A stretch of DNA of 64,000 nt from Minisyncoccota bacterium (GCA_041664925.1 JBAYJV010000003.1:21179-85178); one strand, 5' to 3'; shown: positions 9,730-19,697, counted from the first letter of the stretch. Numbers and translations: made by a program. The notes: generated by a model from the sequence alone, not told the origin.

Positions 9730-10699
9730 TGATAAGTTTATTATAAAGAGAAGAGATTGAACCCCCCGCAATCATTCCCAAAGGACAAAGTGTCGTATCT
9801 TCAAGAATAGAAAAAAGATCTGTGAGAATTTTTTGATCAGGTGTCTTCTTGAAAAATTCTTCGAATAACCGATAAGTCCCTTCACGACAAGGTGTACATT
9901 TATCGCAGTTTTGATAAATAACAAATTTCAAAATCTTTTGAGCCAACAAGACAGAATTTGTAATTCTTTTATCGTAGACAACGATAGATCCAAGACCATT
10001 AACGGGCTGATCAATCTCATTTTCAAGCAAAAATTTTCCTAAAGTTCCGCCAGATTGAACAAAGAATTCATATTGAGGCAAGTTTTTAGTTTCTTTAAGG
10101 ATTTCTCTTATTGTTTGTTGGTCTTTAAGCTTAAAAACGCCTTTGTTTTTTATGTCTCCCGCGAGACAATAAAATCTTTCACCACGATATTGGTTCTTTG
10201 CAATTTGACTGACAAAATAGAAAGTTTCAACATTGTTTATTAAAGTTGGTTTTCCAAAGATTCCTTTTTCTGAAGGATAAGGCGGCTTTGGTCTTGGTTC
10301 GGGATTTTTGCCTTCAATCACTTCAAGAATTGTCGTTTCTTCGCCGGCTAAATAATGGCCAGGTTTCTCAAATGGCGCAATGGGGAGATCTTTGGCAATT
10401 TTCTTTATCTGGCTAGAATATTTTTTGTAATAATCTTTCTTTAGATAAAAATAAGCCCGAGATCCAGGAAAAGTACTTAGGGCAATTTCAATACCACAAA
10501 TAACATCTTCTAGATGGTGTTTTAAAATATAACCGTCTTTTGACAATTGAGGATCGCCTTCGGAAGCATTGCAAACAATATATTTTAAATTACCTTTCGT
10601 GGCTTTAAAAATTTCCCACTTTGAAGCAGTGGAAAAGCCAGCTCCTCCACGACCGAGCAAATTAGCATCTTTTATTTTTTTTATAATATCACTCGCCAC
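9701..10699 (-). CDS. NuoF-like NADH-binding flavoprotein, hydrogenase diaphorase subunit
   Basis: GRGGAGFSTASKWE matches the FMN site GRGGAGFPTG. C-terminal CDKCTPCREGT 4Fe-4S motif. Its 3' end overlaps the hydA start. Confidence 0.8.
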   Translation of the reverse strand: MASDIIKKIKDANLLGRGGAGFSTASKWEIFKATKGNLKYIVCNASEGDPQLSKDGYILKHHLEDVICGIEIALSTFPGSRAYFYLKKDYYKKYSSQIKKIAKDLPIAPFEKPGHYLAGEETTILEVIEGKNPEPRPKPPYPSEKGIFGKPTLINNVETFYFVSQIAKNQYRGERFYCLAGDIKNKGVFKLKDQQTIREILKETKNLPQYEFFVQSGGTLGKFLLENEIDQPVNGLGSIVVYDKRITNSVLLAQKILKFVIYQNCDKCTPCREGTYRLFEEFFKKTPDQKILTDLFSILEDTTLCPLGMIAGGSISSLYNKLINGKTDIKNK

Positions 10700-10890
10700 A
10701 AGTTTAAAGTTTAAATTTTAAAGTGAAAAGTCAAAGTTAAAAATTTAAAATTGAAACATACAGTCAAAGATTCAGAATTAAAAGTGCAAAGTCAAAATGT
10801 AAAGTTAAAAATTAAAAACAGTACAATTAAAAATTTAAAATGCAAAATTAAGAGTCAAAGTTAAAAATTCAAAATTAAGACACAAAACCA
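10700..10890. repeat. AT-rich degenerate simple-repeat array of (A)AAGTN/TTAAAA-type motifs, for example aaagtgaaaagtcaaagttaaaaatttaaaattgaaa
   Basis: Seen directly. An inverted counterpart lies at about 11265-11330 on the other side of the four-helix-bundle gene. Similar arrays occur in many intergenic spacers (about 5330-6000, 7940-8010, 12100-12160, 21850-22020, 48430-48470, 53440-53510, 63525-63700). Confidence 0.6.
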
Positions 10891-10894
10891 GAAA

Positions 10895-11263
10895 CTACTT
10901 CTTGCCCCTTAATGATAAAATACTAGAACCTAGCATATTGGATAATTCACAGGCTTCTTTAAGTAATGCTTCTACTTTCTCCTCACTTACTTTCTGACTG
11001 TCTCTCGATAACGCGAGCCAATATTTAGTTTCATTAGAGGACTTTAGGGCGTGATTGATAAAATTGGTAAAATCCTTTTTAGACGATGATGCTTGTGCCT
11101 CGATTATATTAGCTCCAATGCTTGTAGCGCTTCTTATTAATTGTCGGGCAATAATCTCTAAGGAGAAATCTTTTCGCGTGAAGGTATCTATAAATTTAAT
11201 AATTTCCAAAGAAAACTTATAAGATCTCTTAATTAGCATTTCCTTATAAGATTTGTTTTCCAT
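10895..11263 (-). CDS. four-helix-bundle protein, 23S rRNA intervening-sequence protein family
   Basis: About 120 aa, predicted all-alpha. The SATSIGANIIEA ... KYWLALSRDS pattern is typical of the family. Confidence 0.65.
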   Translation of the reverse strand: MENKSYKEMLIKRSYKFSLEIIKFIDTFTRKDFSLEIIARQLIRSATSIGANIIEAQASSSKKDFTNFINHALKSSNETKYWLALSRDSQKVSEEKVEALLKEACELSNMLGSSILSLRGKK

Positions 11264-11420
11264 AACTTTTCACTTTCAACTTTAACTTTGCAATTTTAAC
11301 TTTAAATTTTTAACTTTCTCCATTTTATCATTTTTTAGAATTTTTTGCCAAGAACATGCAATCCCATTGACAATATGGTAATTATGAGATAGGATGTAAG
11401 CAGAAATAAAGGAGGTAGTT

Positions 11421-11963
11421 ATGGATGGTTGTTGTCCAATGGGTTGCGGTCATCGTTGCGGGTCAGCATGTTGCAGTTTAGCCAGATTGTCTGAGACGCT
11501 TGATGATACAACAAAGAGGATAAAGGCTAGTATCGAAGAAAGGAGAAGAGATCATAAAGAATTTTGCAAAGGTCTCAGCTTACAAATAAAAGACTTGTTA
11601 CAGTTAAGATTTGATATAGAGGTTCCAGGAGAGTTTAAGATCAGAGTTTACGGTGTCGACTGTTCTACTAAAATCAGAATGCAGGCTGATAGCAAAAGAT
11701 GCTTGGTGTTGGTTTCTTTTGTCGGTATTTTCGATAAGAAACATGATCTAGTGAGTCTTATGATGGCACACATGAAGCGGGTAAAAGAACTTCATCGATC
11801 ATTAGGAATTTCTTGCCCCATGATAGTACCGAATTTCTTTGAGGACAGCCTTTGGCTTGAGCTTGAAGTTTCAGGATTATTTATTGGCGAGGCATTGTCA
11901 GACGAGGTATGTCGCGCTATTATCGAACAAACTCAAACATTACTTCCTGAGCGGAAGCAATAG
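11421..11963 (+). CDS. hypothetical protein with a Cys-rich N-terminus (MDGCCPMGCGHRCGSACCS)
   Basis: AGGAGGT RBS. No family recognised. Confidence 0.4.
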   Translation: MDGCCPMGCGHRCGSACCSLARLSETLDDTTKRIKASIEERRRDHKEFCKGLSLQIKDLLQLRFDIEVPGEFKIRVYGVDCSTKIRMQADSKRCLVLVSFVGIFDKKHDLVSLMMAHMKRVKELHRSLGISCPMIVPNFFEDSLWLELEVSGLFIGEALSDEVCRAIIEQTQTLLPERKQ

Positions 11964-12156
11964 ACAAGAAAAACAAAGCTCCGAGACAGCGTTCCCGGAG
12001 CATTTTTTGTTTATATTTTTGTTGATTTAGTTTTAACCTTATATTACTTAACGATTAATTCATATTCTCTAGATTTCATTTGTGTTGAACGGCATAATAA
12101 TTTTTAATTTTCAACTTTAACTTTGCACTTTTCACCTTTAATTTTAAATTTTTTAG

Positions 12157-12909
12157 TTATTTCTCCAAAAGCAACATCGATAACATAGCTACGATACCGA
12201 AAATGAAGAAAAGTAGCTGAAGAAGAGATTTTGATGTTTTAAGTTCTTTGTGAAGCTCAGGAATAAGATCGGAACCGGCAATATAAATGAAACTTCCTGC
12301 AGCAAAAGGAATAAGAAAAGTTGTCAGTCCTTTTGTGTAGTGATTTAGAAGAAGGGAGATAATTACACCCAAAAAGGCAGTTAGTGCAGTTAAGAAATTT
12401 AAAAACAACGCTTTCTTTTTTGAAAATCCGCCGTAAACCAAGACACCGAAATCGCCAATTTCTTGAGGGATTTCATGAACAATAACCGCAATTGTTGTTG
12501 TGATGCCAAGAGGAATGCTTGCTAAATAGGTGGCGCCTAAAATAAGCCCATCAATTAAATTATGAATGCTGTCGCCGACTAAACTCATTAAAGAAGCTTG
12601 GTGAATATGAGTTTTATTGATAGGCAAATGGCAGTGACGCCAATGAATAATTTTTTCTACAAAAAAAGAAAAAACAATTCCTGAGATAACAAAAAGAGAA
12701 ATATTAATACCAAAACCGTTTTCTTTGACCGCTTCGGGCAAAAGATGAATAAAGGCGCCGCCAAAAAGTCCGCCAGCTGAAAAACTGACTAAATACAGCA
12801 AAAACTTCTTTAATCTTTCTTCTCTTAGACCTATAAAAAGCACACCAATGAAAGAAATAAGACTGACAATTAAAACACTGACGAGAGAATAAAGCCAAAT
12901 AATACTCAT
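12157..12909 (-). CDS. ZIP family metal transporter (ZupT-like)
   Basis: HEIPQEIGDFGVL matches the ZIP signature HExPxExGD. Eight predicted TM helices. Confidence 0.8.
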   Translation of the reverse strand: MSIIWLYSLVSVLIVSLISFIGVLFIGLREERLKKFLLYLVSFSAGGLFGGAFIHLLPEAVKENGFGINISLFVISGIVFSFFVEKIIHWRHCHLPINKTHIHQASLMSLVGDSIHNLIDGLILGATYLASIPLGITTTIAVIVHEIPQEIGDFGVLVYGGFSKKKALFLNFLTALTAFLGVIISLLLNHYTKGLTTFLIPFAAGSFIYIAGSDLIPELHKELKTSKSLLQLLFFIFGIVAMLSMLLLEK

Positions 12910-13176
12910 GTTATTTAATAAAACAGATATTGATATTTTATCATTAAACCATTTTTAAGTCCAAAAGGCTTGTAAAAAACACGCAAACCATTGATTTTTA
13001 ATAAGTTATGTGGTATAATGTAGAAAAGAAGGTAGTTGAGTGTAGAATGAGGTAGTCCCGCACCAGAGCCCTGACACCAGAATAAATTCGGTGCATGGCA
13101 AGCAAAGCACGGTGCGGGATGTAAGAGTTTCTAAGCTCACTTCATTCGCGAAGAATCTCTAACAGAGGAGGCGACT

Positions 13177-13296
13177 ATGAAAGAGGTTTGTAACTATCAC
13201 GAGACAGTTCCAGCGGAAGTGAGGCGGGAAGTTGAAGAGAGTCTGGTTGATGAAATTGACCCGACTCGTGAAGACAACGACGATCTCGGGCTGTAA
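13177..13296 (+). CDS. small ORF, 39 aa, acidic
   Basis: GGAGG RBS 7 nt upstream. Preceded by a copy of the conserved GTAAGAG leader element. Confidence 0.3.
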   Translation: MKEVCNYHETVPAEVRREVEESLVDEIDPTREDNDDLGL

Positions 13297-13645
13297 AGAG
13301 ATCAAAAGAATGTCCGCCTTCGCTTTTGGCTACGGCGAGACTTAAGATTTCGTACTGCTCACAGGTTCGCAAACGAAATCTAAAGGAGGTAGGATAGGTC
13401 TTGGAGATTGGATTATCATCGGAGGGTTCGTTGCGTTCGTCGCATTTCTCGTGATCATGCTTCGGAGACCGAAGCTGAGAGGAGTGAGGAGTCGTCGAAC
13501 CAAGGCGGGGTAGATTACCCCGCCCTTTTTGTTTTACAAACTTATCAACTTTAAAAACCGCTCTTGTATTTATATTTTCAAGGGTTTAACATTAAAGTGT
13601 AAAATGTAATTTGTTATTTATTATAAAAAGAAAGGAATTAAAAAT

Positions 13646-14077
13646 ATGTCAATTGGCGAACCAGGAGAACCACAACCAAACGTAGAATTTGATCCGGAAA
13701 AACATGTAAAAATTCCTGAAGAGGAAGGCGGAGGTTTTGTTAAAAAAGAAGCATATGAAACACAAGAGTTAGCAAAACTTTCTGCAACTTACGCTAAAGC
13801 CCTAGAAAGACAACAAGAGATTACGGGGAAGGAAACTAATTTCCAAGATATATTACATAATGAGGCAAATAAAGAAAACAAAGAAAGTGATTTATCAGAA
13901 GAAGAGAAGCTCATAGAAAGAGTTAAGGATGGTAGAGCTAATTATCGAGACTTGCCAGAATATCAAAGGAGAAACCTTAAGGTTATACAAGTAGCCTTAG
14001 AACGAAATGCAAGATTCATTAACTTTGTTCCAGATGATATTAGGGAAAAAATAGAAAAAGGAACACAAGGATTGTAA
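13646..14077 (+). CDS. hypothetical acidic protein
   Basis: 143-aa ORF with an AAGGAA RBS. Confidence 0.4.
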   Translation: MSIGEPGEPQPNVEFDPEKHVKIPEEEGGGFVKKEAYETQELAKLSATYAKALERQQEITGKETNFQDILHNEANKENKESDLSEEEKLIERVKDGRANYRDLPEYQRRNLKVIQVALERNARFINFVPDDIREKIEKGTQGL

Positions 14078-14268
14078 AAATTTGATATTTTTCCGTTTTT
14101 AATTTTGAAAAAGCAGAAAAAACTGAAGAGAAATAATGATTTTTAATATTTATAAGAACTCTAATGTAATCCTTCAATTGCACTCAGGATATAAGGTTTC
14201 TATTTCTCGCTTATAGCTCGAAAAGAAATTCTAATAAAAGAGCGCGGAGTCTTTCCGCGCTGTTTTGT

Positions 14269-14664
14269 TTAGACCACTTTTTGGTCTTCTTTTTTGCTAT
14301 CAGGGTAGAAATTGTAGAGGATTCCTGCAATGATAAGCGAAGCAAAGAACCCACAGAAAGCAACCTTAAATACAACAACAGGAAGTCCATCATACCGACA
14401 ACTAAACCAATTAGTACCAATCATGATTATTCCAAAAATCACAAATCCAGATAAACTTACTTTCGCTCCTTTATTCTTCAAAACAGTATCAATGATACTC
14501 AGGAAGAACAATAACACATAAATTGAATTTAACGCATAGATGCCGTCAAATGACTTGTTGGGAGATCCGTTAAAAGAAATAAACCCTGCAATGAGGATGC
14601 CAACTATGAAAAAAAAAGCATTGTACTTGCAAACCACTCTAATGACTTTTCTCAAAGAACTCAC
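14269..14664 (-). CDS. hypothetical membrane protein
   Basis: Four predicted TM segments. Confidence 0.35.
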   Translation of the reverse strand: MSSLRKVIRVVCKYNAFFFIVGILIAGFISFNGSPNKSFDGIYALNSIYVLLFFLSIIDTVLKNKGAKVSLSGFVIFGIIMIGTNWFSCRYDGLPVVVFKVAFCGFFASLIIAGILYNFYPDSKKEDQKVV

Positions 14665-14899
14665 CTCCCTAGGTTAATTTAATTGTAACTCTTATAGACA
14701 AAAAATCAATATAAAACAATAAATTTGACTTATCGTCTTTTTTTAAATATGCAAGGCAATTTAAAACATTGACAAGTAATCATGTTTATGATAGAATGGG
14801 CAACGGTTGGCAAAAGATTTGCTTTTGTCAAAGTTCTTATGACAAAAGATTGGCTTTTGTCAAAGTTCTTATAAAAATAAATAGGAAAAGGGAGGAAAA

Positions 14900-16270
14900 A
14901 TGCAAGAGAAACACGAGAGGAAGCCGCATTTTGAGACAGATGGCATTCATCATGCCACTATCAGAGGACATCGGTTCCATCTGAGATTAAAGGATCCGAT
15001 CAGTGACAACTATCTTTGGATTGATGGTAAAACCTTACTTGTTATTGGTCCAAGAGATGCAAATTTTGTCCGTTATATCATTGAAGCAATGTGGAAGTTT
15101 TTAAATGGCGAAGGTGATCGGATTGAAGAAGCTGCTAATTGGATTGTTGATCAGATGAAAAAGATGTATCCCAAAGTTAATCGTCGTCGAATTCGCAAGG
15201 ATCTTGACAGGATTTTTGACACCTTAATGGCGATTGCCGAAAGCGGATGTCCGGTTGAGGTCCTAGGAGAAGATGATGTTCGCGAAGTGCGATACGATAA
15301 ATGGGTCGCGCCAGCGCGCATGGATCTTGCAGTCACTGGCCGTTGTAATCTGAATTGTGGAAAATGTTATCGAGGCGGTAGCCAGATTATTCAAGAATTA
15401 GATCTTGATGCGTGGCGTAAGGCTTATGGCATTCTTTGGAATGCTGGGGTTCACCAGATTGTTTTTACTGGTGGAGAGCCAACTCTGCGCGACGATATTG
15501 TTAAGCTAGTCAGCGAAGCAGATGAGTTTGTCACAGGGCTTGTAACTAACGGAACGAATCTTGAAGCATTAGCAGAAGAATTATTTGCAGCGAGCCTTGA
15601 TTATGTTCAAGTAACGATTGAGTCTTGGACTTCTGCGATTCATGATGCAATGACTAATACTCCTGGCTCTCATGTCAGGACGGTTGCTGGCATCAAGAAA
15701 GCGCTTGAGGTTGGTCTGAGCGTCTCAACAAACACGACGCTTACCAAACAAAGCGCAGCAGGATTTCTTGAAACTATCAGATTCTTGCATTCGCTTGGCG
15801 TAAAACATGTTGCCTGTAATAGTCTTATTTGCAGCGGGCGTGGAACTGCTTGCAAGATAGAGAATGGTCTTAGTGACCAGGAACTTGCAGGAATTCTTGA
15901 ACAAGCTTGCGAATTAGCTGATGAACTTGGAATGGAATTCCAATGGTATTCGCCGACGTGCTACACTCTTGGCGTAAATCCCATTGATCTGGGATTAGGT
16001 GTTAAGACTTGTTCAGCGGCGTCATATAATATGACGATTGAGCCAAATGGTTCTGTGCTTCCTTGCCAATCCTGGCCGGAGAGTGTCGGAAACATTCTCG
16101 TGGATGATTGGAAGAAGATCTGGGAACATCCGGTTTGCGTTCAGTTGCGCAATCATGCGATGAAAGCGCTTGGATGCGGAGGATGCGCTCACGAAACTAC
16201 TTGTGCGGGTGGGTGTCCGCTCGACAAGACACCGCGCCAAAAGACGACCAGCAAAAAGGAGTGTGCGTAG
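14900..16270 (+). CDS. Radical SAM protein with a C-terminal SPASM/twitch Cys-rich domain (peptide- or protein-modifying maturase type)
   Basis: TGRCNLNCGKCY (CxxxCxxC) and GGEPTLRDD. C-terminal clusters CNSLICSGRGTAC and CGGCAHETTCAGGC. Confidence 0.75.
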   Translation: MQEKHERKPHFETDGIHHATIRGHRFHLRLKDPISDNYLWIDGKTLLVIGPRDANFVRYIIEAMWKFLNGEGDRIEEAANWIVDQMKKMYPKVNRRRIRKDLDRIFDTLMAIAESGCPVEVLGEDDVREVRYDKWVAPARMDLAVTGRCNLNCGKCYRGGSQIIQELDLDAWRKAYGILWNAGVHQIVFTGGEPTLRDDIVKLVSEADEFVTGLVTNGTNLEALAEELFAASLDYVQVTIESWTSAIHDAMTNTPGSHVRTVAGIKKALEVGLSVSTNTTLTKQSAAGFLETIRFLHSLGVKHVACNSLICSGRGTACKIENGLSDQELAGILEQACELADELGMEFQWYSPTCYTLGVNPIDLGLGVKTCSAASYNMTIEPNGSVLPCQSWPESVGNILVDDWKKIWEHPVCVQLRNHAMKALGCGGCAHETTCAGGCPLDKTPRQKTTSKKECA

Positions 16271-16272
16271 CC

Positions 16273-17232
16273 ATGAAAAAGCTCTATCTGTTGGCAACGC
16301 TTGTTTTGCTCTGTGTCTTCGGCGCGTGCGTTTTTGCCGATGACACCGGAACCTATAAGATTATTGATTATAAAGTAACCTTAAATCCACAGATAGACGG
16401 ATCGTTTTTGCTGGGTTGTTACCAGAAATGGGAAGTAACTAGTGGCCATATCCCTTGGATTACCGTAGGACTTCCTAATAGCGGATTTAGTATCAAGAAT
16501 TCAGGACTTAATGTTAAAACCATTAAATCTGATAATTCTAGTGATTGGTCAGGAGTCAGAATTGACCTTGATAATGATTATAAGCCTGGACAAACATTCG
16601 AGGTTTCCTTTGAAGTTAGCGTCAAGCTTCTTGGTCAAACAAAGGAAGGATATCGGATTAGCTATACTCCCGGTTGGTATGATCGGGCAGTAACAGATAG
16701 GCTAACGATCGTTCTGGATTTGACCACGCTTACCAGCGATACGTCGGGCATTAAGACCAATCCACAACCAACATCAACTAATGCTTCTCAGCTTACCTGG
16801 GAAAAGACTGGTTTAACAAAAGGCGAACACTTTGCAATTACTATTGACTTGCCAAAGACAATCTTTCCTGAAGTTGATCAAAAGAATGTTCATAAAGGAT
16901 TGTCAGGCGTAGCATGGTTTTTCATCATTATTGGAATAATCGCCGGTGTTATCATTATAGCTTTCCTTATTGGTGCTATGGATGATGGCGGTTATTCCGG
17001 CGGTGGCGGCATCTTTGTTGGCGGAAGTGGTGGTGGCGGTGGAAGAAGCTCGGGTGGCGGTGGCGGGTTCGGCGGCGGAGGATTCTCCTGCGCTTGTGCC
17101 TGTGCCTGCGCTTGTGCTGGTGGCGGCGGAGCGGGTTGTTCTCGCAAAGCTGACCATACTTGTCCGCTATGCCGGGACTCTCGTCAGAAAAGGAATAGAA
17201 TCAATCTTTTTAAAAGGAAGCGCCATGAATAA
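16273..17232 (+). CDS. DUF2207-like membrane protein: signal peptide, extracellular domain, one TM helix, Gly-rich cytoplasmic tail
   Basis: Architecture and tail GGYSGGGGIFVGGSGGGGGRSSGGGGGFGGGGFSCACACACACAGGGG. The CACACACACA stretch is encoded by an in-frame (TGY GCY)5 repeat. Confidence 0.55.
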   Translation: MKKLYLLATLVLLCVFGACVFADDTGTYKIIDYKVTLNPQIDGSFLLGCYQKWEVTSGHIPWITVGLPNSGFSIKNSGLNVKTIKSDNSSDWSGVRIDLDNDYKPGQTFEVSFEVSVKLLGQTKEGYRISYTPGWYDRAVTDRLTIVLDLTTLTSDTSGIKTNPQPTSTNASQLTWEKTGLTKGEHFAITIDLPKTIFPEVDQKNVHKGLSGVAWFFIIIGIIAGVIIIAFLIGAMDDGGYSGGGGIFVGGSGGGGGRSSGGGGGFGGGGFSCACACACACAGGGGAGCSRKADHTCPLCRDSRQKRNRINLFKRKRHE

Positions 17233-17785
17233 GAAGTACGTGGTATTTCTCTTAATGGCAATCCTATTTCTGACAGCTTGTAATAGTAATCAGGGCGGTC
17301 AGGATGCTGGAAACGTATCGATTCCTGAAGGTTGTCCTCCTTTTACTCATTTAGGACAGTATTGGGTGATTGACAATGCCAATGTTCTCAATCTGAGCAC
17401 TATTGTTTATGCTGATGCGATTTTCCAGAAGCTCAAACAAGATGGTATTGCCGAGATCGTGGTTTTGATTCAGCCAGGCGTTAAAGATAGCGCTTTGCTG
17501 ACATACGCCACGCACTATGGCAGATGGTTAGGGCTTGGAAAAACCGGTCCCAGTTCTCTAGGCGGCAATAATGGTATCGTATACCTGATTGTGCCAGAAC
17601 TAGAGAGTAAGCTGACGATTGAGCCAGGAAGAGGCATGTTTAAGTTTACTATCAGTGATTTTGGCCCGATCGTGGAACGAGTCGCGATGGATTTTCTTAA
17701 CTATGGTGACTATGACGGAGGTGTCAAAACTCTAGCAGACGAAACTGATAGGGTTTTAAGAGAGATCTATAAACCAGGGAGCTAA
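17225..17785 (+). CDS. TPM-domain lipoprotein (TLP18.3/Psb32-like phosphatase fold)
   Basis: Lipobox LTAC. YWVIDNANVL-type TPM signature. Overlaps the DUF2207 stop with ATGA-type coupling. Confidence 0.5.
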   Translation: MNKKYVVFLLMAILFLTACNSNQGGQDAGNVSIPEGCPPFTHLGQYWVIDNANVLNLSTIVYADAIFQKLKQDGIAEIVVLIQPGVKDSALLTYATHYGRWLGLGKTGPSSLGGNNGIVYLIVPELESKLTIEPGRGMFKFTISDFGPIVERVAMDFLNYGDYDGGVKTLADETDRVLREIYKPGS

Positions 17786-17798
17786 AAAGGAGGCTCAA

Positions 17799-18422
17799 AT
17801 GAAGGTCGTAGGTTGGGTATTGCTTGGGTTGGTGTTTTTGGCAGGAATTATTGTTGTGGCAACTTGGAATAGTTTAAACACGAAAAATCAAGCGGTGCTT
17901 GGAGGAAAATCACTTTGTTCCTCTGCGCTTGCTAACTGTACCGAGAAGATTAAGATGGTTTGGACTGCTAATCAGCAGCAATTCGAATTCGAGAAAGAAA
18001 CTCTTCGGGTAGTAACCGAAGCGCGAAATAGTTTTGAAGCAGCGATGAAAGCGTTCAATGATGCAGCTGCCAAGAGTGGCGAGACAGATACTCAAAAACT
18101 GACTCAGTTAGCTGATGCAGCTTATAGGAGTGCTCTCGCGGTGAATGTTCAGATTGAGGCTTATCCAGAACTTCATTCATCCGAGATTACTAAAGAAAAC
18201 GCGCGAAACATGGAAGCATCGGTTGATCAGGTTAAGGCCGCATTTGACGATTGGATCGTTGCGATTCAGAGATACAATACTACACGTGGCGGTTTCTTTA
18301 CTACTATTGTAGCCAGTTTGTTTAGCGGTCGTTTCCCAGAGTCCTATGCTTACTACGAGGGTCCGGTTAACGAGCTTAATACGGACTTGCTTAATCCTCA
18401 GGCAGCAGGGGGAACTAAGTAG
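17799..18422 (+). CDS. LemA family protein
   Basis: N-terminal TM helix followed by WNSLNTKNQ. AYPEL and YNTTRGGFFTTIVASLF LemA-like motifs. Confidence 0.6.
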   Translation: MKVVGWVLLGLVFLAGIIVVATWNSLNTKNQAVLGGKSLCSSALANCTEKIKMVWTANQQQFEFEKETLRVVTEARNSFEAAMKAFNDAAAKSGETDTQKLTQLADAAYRSALAVNVQIEAYPELHSSEITKENARNMEASVDQVKAAFDDWIVAIQRYNTTRGGFFTTIVASLFSGRFPESYAYYEGPVNELNTDLLNPQAAGGTK

Positions 18423-18431
18423 CAAATCAAA

Positions 18432-18465
18432 AAGGACGCATCCAGCGTGGTGCGTCCTCTTTTTT
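18432..18465 (+). terminator. rho-independent terminator after the LemA gene
   Basis: AGGACGCA-loop-TGCGTCCT hairpin followed by a T8 run. Confidence 0.6.
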
Positions 18466-18692
18466 TATTGACAAATGATTTTGTTTCTGTTAGGGTGTTA
18501 ATAGTGTTGTTCTTCAACCCTTCAACTAAGTTTAGGGCAAGCAAGTTCAGGATGTAATCCTCCTTCGCTATCTCCTACGCTAAACCTGTCTACCGTCAGG
18601 CAGGGCTACGGAAGATCGAGGAAAGCTTCGGAAGGATCTAAGAGTTTTTAACTTTCGCAATGCTCAAGAAAAAACTCTAAGAGGAGGGCAGA

Positions 18693-18968
18693 ATGTGGTG
18701 GATTCCTTGCATTATAATCTCTGCGTGGTTGGTTGCGGGAATATTCGCCTATGCCATTAAGAAGCACACCTACAAAATCCACTATGAAAGATGTCGTCCA
18801 AGAGGACATACAAGTAAGAATGAACGCTACTGCTGTTATTGCATACCCTTTGGGTTAATAGGGTTGATTGTGGCTCTTGACTATAAACGTTATAATCTTG
18901 AACCATTCGGTCTTTGTTGGAAAATGCCAAAAGTGCTACTGGCAAATCCACAAAACAGAAGGCGCTAG
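18693..18968 (+). CDS. small membrane protein
   Basis: Two TM helices. GAGGAGGG RBS. Confidence 0.35.
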   Translation: MWWIPCIIISAWLVAGIFAYAIKKHTYKIHYERCRPRGHTSKNERYCCYCIPFGLIGLIVALDYKRYNLEPFGLCWKMPKVLLANPQNRRR

Positions 18969-19067
18969 AACGCAAGTGGAACTCGCAAAAGATCGCGAGT
19001 TCTTTTTTAATCCGCAATAAAAATAAAATGGTAGATGTCCGACATCTACACTAAAAAAAGGAGTCCC

Positions 19068-19697
19068 TTAGGACTCCTTGACTTTTGTGCCTTCTTTGGC
19101 GACTATGTTCTCTAGACGATAGGTTATCGCATTCACTACCGATAATGGAGATCCAGTATCTATGAATTGTCGAATGCGGTTTCTAGTTATATTATCAGAA
19201 ATAAGTTGACTTCCAAGAACTTTTCTTAAGATGATCCTAAGGTACACAACGCGAGACTGATCGGAAAGATTCGGCTTATTGCGAAGCTTTCTGAACTGAT
19301 CAAGGAAATAAGCAGGAAGAGTTCTGTGGATAATTGCCAGATATTCTTCTTCTTGTGTGTTTCTGGCAGTTTGGTCATCTCCCAAACCATAAAGCAATTT
19401 TCTCTTAATAGTCCTAATTTCTTTAGAAGTATAGCCATACCTTAGTATTTCATCAATTAGCGCGAGGCTAGGGTCTAGGTCAATACCATTTTCTTTTGCC
19501 CACTCTCCAAGAGTTTTATTACCATCATATCTAGCAGTAAGACCAAAATAGGGAATGGAACTTTTGGCATGAGAATCAATTCTTGCCTGTTTGATTCTTT
19601 TGATACCAGAATTTTCAAGATATTCAATCAAAACTTTTTCCCAATCATCTCTTGAATTAATCGGTCCATGCCCATTGAAATAGAACGGTAACCACAT
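19068..19697 (-). CDS. hypothetical protein
   Basis: 209-aa ORF with no recognisable family. Sits next to the tRNA/GIY-YIG insertion site. Confidence 0.4.
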   Translation of the reverse strand: MWLPFYFNGHGPINSRDDWEKVLIEYLENSGIKRIKQARIDSHAKSSIPYFGLTARYDGNKTLGEWAKENGIDLDPSLALIDEILRYGYTSKEIRTIKRKLLYGLGDDQTARNTQEEEYLAIIHRTLPAYFLDQFRKLRNKPNLSDQSRVVYLRIILRKVLGSQLISDNITRNRIRQFIDTGSPLSVVNAITYRLENIVAKEGTKVKES

